From: Patescibacteria group bacterium
Lineage (GTDB): Bacteria > Patescibacteriota > Minisyncoccia > Phycocordibacterales > UBA9973
Direction: 5' to 3'
Length of the DNA: 35,571 bases
NCBI GenBank assembly: GCA_038063515.1
Contig: JBBTUY010000003.1
Span: 41,894 to 77,464, forward strand
Notes under the pieces: generated by a model
What the model saw: the letters and a program-made list of their open reading frames with translations, nothing else
What the model was told of the DNA's origin: nothing
Database searches by the model: none
Part shown: positions 1 through 8,300 of the stretch, in pieces
Numbering within the stretch: position 1 is the stretch's first letter
How the letters are laid out: each line of letters opens with the position of its first letter
Made by a program: the position numbers and the translations under genes

Positions 1-1
1 A

Positions 2-934
2 GTTTCTAAGTCAAACTCGGTGCTTAATTTCTGGGTGACTGAGCCTGCAGTTACTTCGAATGTTGTTAAATTTGAAGGTGTAGCTTTAGGGGGTTTTACT
101 GGTTACACTGGTACTGTCGTTACGATAAATTTGCGTGCAATAGCCGAGGGTACTGGAAGCATCTCATTTAATTCTGGGAAAATTCTTGCAAATGACGGAC
201 AAGGCACAGATATAACAAGCAACCTCGTGAATGCAACTTTTTCTGTTAAAGAGAAAGTAAGTAAACCAGAACAACCTGAACAAAAATCTACCACTCCAAA
301 AGAAACACCAAAACCAGTACAACCTACAACAGAACCATTACAGCCAGCTCCATCTTTAAAAGCCCCTGAAATTAGACTTTCTAAAAAGTACGGAGATCAA
401 GCCATAACTGGAATTTCAGATTATCCGCAAGCCGATACGCTTGTGACATTTACTTCTGAAAATGGAGGAAGAATATTTATTTTAGGTGAGTCGGATGAAC
501 AAGGAAAATTCACGCTTTTGGTTCCTCATTCTTTGAAACAGGGTGTGTACACAGTGTCTGCTGTTATGATAAAAGAAGATAAAACAAATAGTGAACCTTC
601 TAACTCGATTGTTGTAAAAGTGGGGAACATTTTCTCTGATCTTGATTGGAAAATATCTTTATTAATCTTACTTCTCATCCTAGTTATTACATATTTGATT
701 TTGCGTATTCATATGCATATCAATAAAAACGGTGATAAAAATATAAAAAATGAAGTAAACGAAGCTAAAGAAATAATACATAAATCCTTCGATATTTTAC
801 GAGAAGATATCGTTGACTATGATAACAAGAAGCTCCCCATAGCAGAGCATAGGAGAATGAAAGACATAAAAAAAGATATTTCAGATGCTGAGAAAGTAAT
901 TAGTAAGAAAATTAAAGATATTGGATCAGAATGA
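2..934 (+). CDS. Membrane-anchored cohesin/Ig-like surface protein, 5'-truncated by the window edge
   Basis: The frame is open from nt 2. It has the second half of a cohesin-like beta-sandwich (NFWVTEP...ISFNSGKILANDGQGT), a P/K/E/T-rich linker, an Ig-like segment, one TM helix (ISLLILLLILVITYLIL) and a charged cytoplasmic tail. Confidence 0.7.
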   Translation, partial: VSKSNSVLNFWVTEPAVTSNVVKFEGVALGGFTGYTGTVVTINLRAIAEGTGSISFNSGKILANDGQGTDITSNLVNATFSVKEKVSKPEQPEQKSTTPKETPKPVQPTTEPLQPAPSLKAPEIRLSKKYGDQAITGISDYPQADTLVTFTSENGGRIFILGESDEQGKFTLLVPHSLKQGVYTVSAVMIKEDKTNSEPSNSIVVKVGNIFSDLDWKISLLILLLILVITYLILRIHMHINKNGDKNIKNEVNEAKEIIHKSFDILREDIVDYDNKKLPIAEHRRMKDIKKDISDAEKVISKKIKDIGSE

Positions 935-2208
935 CTTTAATTTGTAAAAAATTAATTTATTTTGTAGTACTTTTATTTTTTTCTATTTCAACTTTAACAC
1001 CAATATATGCACAAAATATAAATATAAATGCTTCGAAGCTATTACATCATTCGAGCGTATTTTTCTCTCCTCGTTCTGGAAGTTTCGAAGAAGAGTCTAC
1101 ATTTCAAGTTCCCATACTTGTCAACACTATGGGTCGCAGTATAAATGGTATTGAGATTAGAGTTTTGTTTGACAAAGATAAGCTTTCTATTGTTAATCAG
1201 ACAGGTGGTGTATCTATAATTGGTGTTTGGGTAGAGCCCCCAAAATATGACAACACGCGTGGTACTGCGAGCTATGTAGGCGTGATCCCAAATGGAATTA
1301 TTACCGAAGCTGGACTCGTGGGTACTATAACTTTTAAAGCGAAATCCGCAGGTCAGGCAGTTGTAAGTATAGCCAACAATTCAAAAATTTTATTAAATGA
1401 TGGTTTAGGAACAGAGACTATACTTGATTTAGGTAGAGCAAGTTATAGTATTTTAAATAAAGCACCTGGTGGTGTGCAGGTTTTTTCTGAAACACATCCT
1501 ATTTCTTCAGAATGGTATAACAACAATACCCCAGTATTTTCTTGGATTCAAGATGCTGGAGTATCTGGATTTAGTTTTGAATTAGATAATAAACCAAATA
1601 CTATACCTGATAATACCATAGATATCCTAGATACAGTTAAGAGCTTCAATGAGTTAAATGATGGTTTGTGGTATTTTCATGTTAAGGCAATAAAGGATAA
1701 TGTTTGGGGTACAACAGGGCATCTACTTATCCGTATAGATACTACACCTCCAGCAGAATTTACCCCTGAAACAAATTTTTTATTAGCAGCGACTATTTTA
1801 GCTGAGAGAACTTTGATCTCATTCTTTACTACAGACAACCTTTCTGGTATAGATCATTATGAAGTTGGAGTAATAGATAAATTAGCACCACTTACTGAAT
1901 CGCCAGTATTCATAGAAGCAGAAAGCCCCTTCCAAGTACCAATAAATTCTGGTGGGAAGTTGGAGGTTATAGTTCGTGCCGTAGACCGTGCTGGTAATGT
2001 ACGTGATTCATCCGTTAATGTAGAAGTGCCTTTTATTATTACAAAATTTATTAAAGATTATATAGTCTATATATTATTAAGTATTATTCTATTAGGTTTC
2101 ACTATGTTAGTCATTCATTATTTGGTGGGTCACCATATAATTAGAGCTATTCGTCGTACAAGAGAAATTTTGAATAATAAAAACATAGAAAACACAGAAG
2201 ATTTCTAG
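931..2208 (+). CDS. Membrane-anchored cohesin-domain surface protein
   Basis: Signal peptide, cohesin-like domain (FSPRSGSF...VPILVNT...INGIEIRVLFDKDKL...ITFKAKSAGQAVVSI...ILLNDGLGT), Ig-like domains (DGLWYFHVKA, IDTTPP, DNLSGIDHYEV) and a C-terminal TM helix. ATGA overlap with the upstream gene. Confidence 0.75.
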   Translation: MTLICKKLIYFVVLLFFSISTLTPIYAQNININASKLLHHSSVFFSPRSGSFEEESTFQVPILVNTMGRSINGIEIRVLFDKDKLSIVNQTGGVSIIGVWVEPPKYDNTRGTASYVGVIPNGIITEAGLVGTITFKAKSAGQAVVSIANNSKILLNDGLGTETILDLGRASYSILNKAPGGVQVFSETHPISSEWYNNNTPVFSWIQDAGVSGFSFELDNKPNTIPDNTIDILDTVKSFNELNDGLWYFHVKAIKDNVWGTTGHLLIRIDTTPPAEFTPETNFLLAATILAERTLISFFTTDNLSGIDHYEVGVIDKLAPLTESPVFIEAESPFQVPINSGGKLEVIVRAVDRAGNVRDSSVNVEVPFIITKFIKDYIVYILLSIILLGFTMLVIHYLVGHHIIRAIRRTREILNNKNIENTEDF

Positions 2209-2321
2209 CAGAAATTAATTATTTATTATAATTTTCTATAAAGAAATTTTCTAGTTACCTAGCTAGTGTTTTTTAGGATTTCTAATGCTATTATTAATCC
2301 ATTAATATTAAAAACTAATAT

Positions 2322-5300
2322 ATGAAAATAACTTCATCTGGGCTGGTATCGAAGATGTCTAAATTAACAGTTTTCTTTATTATCACCTCATTTGTTGTAA
2401 CTCCTCTTGTGCCAGTTTTCGCCCAAGAAGCTGAAGTAATTGTTTCTCTTTCAGACCAAGTAGAAAGTGAACCAATCTTTCCAGGCCAGGTGCTTGGCGA
2501 GACAATTGAAGCTCCTGTCGATGAAGAAACTTCTCCTACTATAGAACCCCCAGCTGAAGAAGTGCTTCCTCCTGAAGAAGAAAAACCGATAGAAGAGAAG
2601 CCTATCGAGGAAGACCCAGAAATGATGGCTCTTATGGCTGGTGGTGTTGGCGGTCCAGGAAGCCTAACTCTTTCACCTGATACTAGAAATAATCTATCTT
2701 CTGAGGTTGATGATCTAGATGGTAGTTTGGTGTATAAATATGATATAAAAGTTCCTCCAGGAAGAAATGATATAACCACTCCAAAAGTTTCTTTAGTATA
2801 TAACAGTAAGTACGCCAATAATGATTCTGTGGTTGGATCTGGGTGGTCAGTAAATATTCCCTCTATTGAACGAATAAACAAAACAGGTATCACCACTTTA
2901 TATTCAGATAATTATTTCTATTCATCTATCGATGGAGAATTAGTTTCACTTGGTAGCGGTAATTATGCTGCTAAAGTAGAAAAAGGTAATTTTCTAAAAT
3001 ATAATCTGACAAGTAGTGTTTGGACGGTAACTGACAAGCAAGGAACTGTCTATAAATTTGGTACTAACGCTGCTGAAAGACAAGACAACCCCGGAGACAG
3101 TTCGAAAGTATATAAGTGGATGCTCCAAGAGGTCAGAGATACTAATGACAATTATATTGAATATACTTACTATAAAGATGCGGGACAAATATATCCATCG
3201 CAGATAACTTATTCAGGAAATGGTAGTACTGCTGGGGTTTTGGAGGTTAATTTCGATAGAACTAGCCGAACCGCGCTTCCCGCTTTTTACAATACAGGCT
3301 TTGCAGTAACGACCAGTTATCGCATCACCGAGATCAGAACTGAAGTAAATAATATTTGGGCTAGAAAATATACTCTTGGCTATGCTATTCCAGATAACGG
3401 CGTGGGATCTCTTTTAGATACTATTGTTGAATCAGGACAGGATGATAGCAGTACAATTGTAACATTACCAGCTGTTGATTTTGACTACCAAGCCTCTACT
3501 AGAAGCTGGACCCAAAATACATCTTGGGGTTTACCTTTATCACTTGTTGCTGGAGGTAGTGATACAGGTACAAGAATGGCTGACATTAATGGTGACGGGC
3601 TTCTGGATTTACTTTGTCACACCAACAATACCTCAGACACAATATGCGACAAGAATAAACCCAGGATCTTTCTCAACGATGGTGATGGAACTTGGACAGA
3701 TGTGAGTAGTACTTGGTTATTTCCTCTTATAGGGGGGTCTGGTAGTGATCGTGAATATTTTCTTTCAACAAGTACTAGTGGTGATCGTGGTCTAAGAGCT
3801 GTAGATATAAATGGTGATGGCCTAGCAGATTTAGTAACGGGGAATGGGTCAGATCGTTATGTGTATCTTAATACTGGTTCTGGCTGGACGTACAATTCTT
3901 CCTGGGGTCTACCTTTACCTTTTTCTATAGGTGGAGATCCTGGCACAAGAATGGCTGACGTTAATGGTGATGGATTACTCGACATGCTTTGTCACAACAA
4001 CGCTACATCTTCTGAACCATACTGTGGTAAAACCACTCCCAAAATCTATCTTAACAATGGTGATGGAACTTGGACAGATGTGAGCAGCACTTGGTTATTT
4101 CCTGTTGTTAATGGAACAGGAACAGATAGAGAATATTTTCTAGATGCAAGTGAAGGTGCTGATAGTGGTCTGAGAACTTTTGACATAAATGGTGATGGGT
4201 TAGTAGATTTAGTTGCTAGAAGAAATACAGATTCATATGCATACATAAACAACGGCTCTGGTTGGACTCACTATGCTTGGGGGTTATCCTTGCCGACATA
4301 TATCGGTGGTGACCCCGGGACAAGAGTAGCCGACATTAATGCGGATGGTTTAGCCGATCTACTTTGTCACAACAACGCTACATCAGGAGATGCTTATTGT
4401 GATAAAAATAATCCAAAAATTTATTTAAACAAAGGTGACGGAACGTGGATGGATTTAAGTAGCACTTGGTTATTTCCTCTTATAGGAGGGTCTGGTAGTG
4501 ATCGTGAATATTTTCTTTCGGCAAGTCAAGGTAGTGACAGTGGTTTAAGGATTGCTGATTTTAATGGTGATGGCATTAATGATCTTGTGGTGAGAAGAGA
4601 TTCAGATTCATATGTTTACTTAAATAACACAACTGTTCCGTCAAACTTGCTTAACGAAATAAACTATTCTCAAGGAGGCAATACAACAATAATATATAAA
4701 GCTACGCCACAATTTACAAGTGGTGCTAGTTTACTTAATCCATCTCTGCCTCTTGTGACTCATCTTGTGCAACAAATAGTTACTAACGATGGATCAGGAA
4801 CTACAGGAAGTTTAACTTATGAATATGAAGGTGGTTTGTATAAGTACACAGACTACCTAAATAGGAAATTTGTAGGATTTAATTCTATTAAAGCCACAGA
4901 TGCAGAAGGAAATGTAAGAAAAGTTTTTTACCATCAAGGTAACAGTACAAATACTGGTCTTGGTGAATACAGTGATCATATTTCCAAAATGGGCATGCCT
5001 TATCGTGTAGAAGAGTATGATGATAGTAGTAATCTTTATCGTCTAACAGTAGATAAGATAGATAAATACAATATTGGCACCGATCATGATTTCGTAAAAG
5101 TAACTCGTCGTACAGTTTTAGACTACGATGGTGATTCTGACCACAAGGATACTTCGACAGAGTACGGATACGATGACGCTAACGGGAATCTTTTAACAGT
5201 AACAGAGTGGGGTGAGGTTACAGGAAGCACAGATGGGTCATATACAGATATTGGTTCAGATAAGAAAGTTACTACGCTAACTTATGCTACAAATGGCACG

Positions 5301-8300
5301 ACACTTATAAGTGTTCCATATAACGAAACAGTAACGGATCAGTCTTCTTCTAAGGTAAAAGAAAACAAATATTACTACGATGCACAATCATATGGTTCGG
5401 TAACAGATGGGAATCAGACTAAAGTGGAACAATGGGTTGCAAGTAGTACATATATAAACAGTCAGAAAACATACAACTCAACATATGGTTATATAGCTAC
5501 TGAAACCGATCCAAGAGGCAAAGTAACTACTTATACTACTTATGACGGATATAACCTATATCCAGTAACAATTACCGATCCACTTAGCCAGACTATTCAA
5601 TATACTTACGACTATTCTCTGGGAAAACCAAAACAAACTACTGATCAAAATGGATTTGTATATCAAACTGTTTATGATGGACTCGACCGTGTTGCTGCAG
5701 TAAAAATTCCTGACTTTGGTAGTCCCTATTCTGCAGTCACAAAAACTACATATGCTTACACTGATACTTCAGGCTCTGTGAAAGTTCAGAAAACTGAAAA
5801 CCTAGATGGATCAACTGCTGTAGACACTTACCAATATTTTGATGGGCTTGGTCGCTTAATTCAAGAAAGAAAAGAGGCAGAAAGTAACTACAACGTAAAA
5901 GATACTATATACAACGATGTTGGTTTAATTGAAAAACAGTCACTCCCATATAACTCCAGCGGTTCTTCAAAAACTTCTGCAACAGGAACTACTGCGCTTT
6001 ACGTTACTAATACTTACGATCCACTGAAACGTATTTCGACTATAGTTGATGCAACGGGTACTACTAGCTATGCGTACGATCAATGGAAGACTACTGTGAC
6101 TGATAAAGAAAGCAATATGAAAGGTTACTATAAAGATGCTTTCGGCAATCTCATAAAAGTGGATGAAGTAAATGGTGGTTCTACTTACACGACAAATTAC
6201 GAATACAATCTCAATAATAAGCTCACTAAGATCACAGATGCATTAAGTAATCTACGTAACTTCACGTACGATGGTCTCGGTAGGAGATTAACAGCAGAAG
6301 ATTTGCATGCATCTGGTGATGGTACGTATGGTACATGGACTTATGCATACGACAATGCAGGGAATCTAACTCAAACTGTAAGCCCACGATCACTTACGAC
6401 GAATTACACATATAACGACATCAATCAGCAGTTAACAGAAGATTATACTGGCGTAGGTGGAACTGAAATTACTTATACCTACGGTGGATGTACTAATGGT
6501 GTAGAAAAACTTTGCTCAGTCATAATGGCTTCTGGTGCTAATACTGCATATACCTACGATTCAAATGGTAATGTTGCTAGTGAAGCAAAAACGATAAACA
6601 GTGTTGCTTATACCACTTCTTACACCTATGACAGACAAGGAAACAAATTAGTTATCACTTACCCAGACAGTGCTGAAGTTAAATATACATTTAACTCTGC
6701 GGGACTTCTAGAAAAAGTTGAGCGAAAAGAAAGTGGTGGAGTATTTATTGATATCGTATCTAATTTTGATTATAGTCCAACGGACAAGGTCACAATACAA
6801 GAAGATGCGAATGGATTCGTTACTACTAATACATACGATGACACAAAATTATATAGACTCACTCGTCGTCTCACAGCTATAGGAGGAGAGGAAATGATGC
6901 TTGGTGGAGGAGGTGAAGGAGAGAGTCAAAGTAGGATGAGTCTGATGGAAGGTGAAGAAGAAACAGAACTCCAAGACAAAAAAGGGATACCAAGAGTAGG
7001 GAGTGAGCTTGAGAAAGAAAGGACTCTACGAAGTAAGACATATGTAACTGGATTCAGTGGAGGCAGAGAGATAAAACAAACTCAATTTTCTCAAAATGAT
7101 ATTCATTACCTAGATCCTGCTACTGGAACACTGAAAGACATCAATACTTCGTTAGTAGAAAACTTGCATGGTTTTACTATGAATGACGCCGCATACCAAG
7201 CAAGGTTTAAAAAAGATACTAAAGGAGAATTTTTTACTTTCCAAAATAAACGAGATCATCTCGGCTTATCTCTTCCTCAAAATGTAAAACCTGTAAATGG
7301 ACACATACAAAAATCTAAAGAAGGTGAAGAGAGTCTGATGTACAAAGATGCACTAGGGGCAGGTATTGATGTAGAATTTCTACTTGACCAGACAGAAGTG
7401 AGAAAAGATGTTGTCATAAATAGTTTAGAAGCTCTTGGGGATATTTCTGGTAAAGAAAATTACGAAATTCCATTTGTATTTCGAAGTAATGCTCCAGTAA
7501 CTCTTTCTATTGATGGTAAAATTTTCCCGAGCGGACAATCTTTCATAACTGAAAAAGCTGTGACCCTGACTGATTCTATAGGTATACAGACCCACATCTG
7601 GGGCGCTGTTTTACGAGAAGAGAATGGTACGCGTGTCACTCGTATTCCTATTAGATACGAACAAAAGGGTGGTGTCATATACATGACCAAGCTTCTGCCA
7701 GTCTCATGGCTCGCACAAGCAGAGTTCCCAGCACGTACAGATGCAGTGCTTAGCTACTATTCAAATTCCTCTGGTGACGGAGAGATATATCATACTCACA
7801 GTGTCTGGAACGCTATCCATGACGCTACGTCTGGTTCCGCAGAAAGTACCCCAGGTACTGCATACATGTACAGTGAAGACGCAGGTGCGAGCTACTGGAT
7901 GGCACGTGTCGCATTACCATTTGATACTTCTTCTTTGCCTGATACCGCTACTATTACCAATACTGATTTGAAACTCTACATTGATACGAAAGTAGATGAA
8001 GATAATGATGGTAATGACTTCATACGAGTCGTTCAAAACACTACTGCATCTGCTACAGCACTTGCTGATGGAGATTTTGATCAAATAGGAGCCATAGATA
8101 ACCCTACAGCTGGAGCGAGTGATATAGACATTTCTGGTATTTCTACAGGTGCCTATCGTACTTTCACCTTAAATTCTACTGGTAGAGGTTGGATAAATAA
8201 AACCGGCTATACCAAGCTCGGTCTTCGCGAAGGACATGATGCTAAAGATGCTGCCCCCGATGACGGTACATTTACTGGTGTACGTATCAAGACTGCAAAT

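Noticed and set aside
6881-6896. AGGAGG followed by ATG as an internal ribosome-binding site
   Set aside because: It is explained by Gly-Gly-Glu-Glu codons, and genes in this window do not use Shine-Dalgarno motifs.
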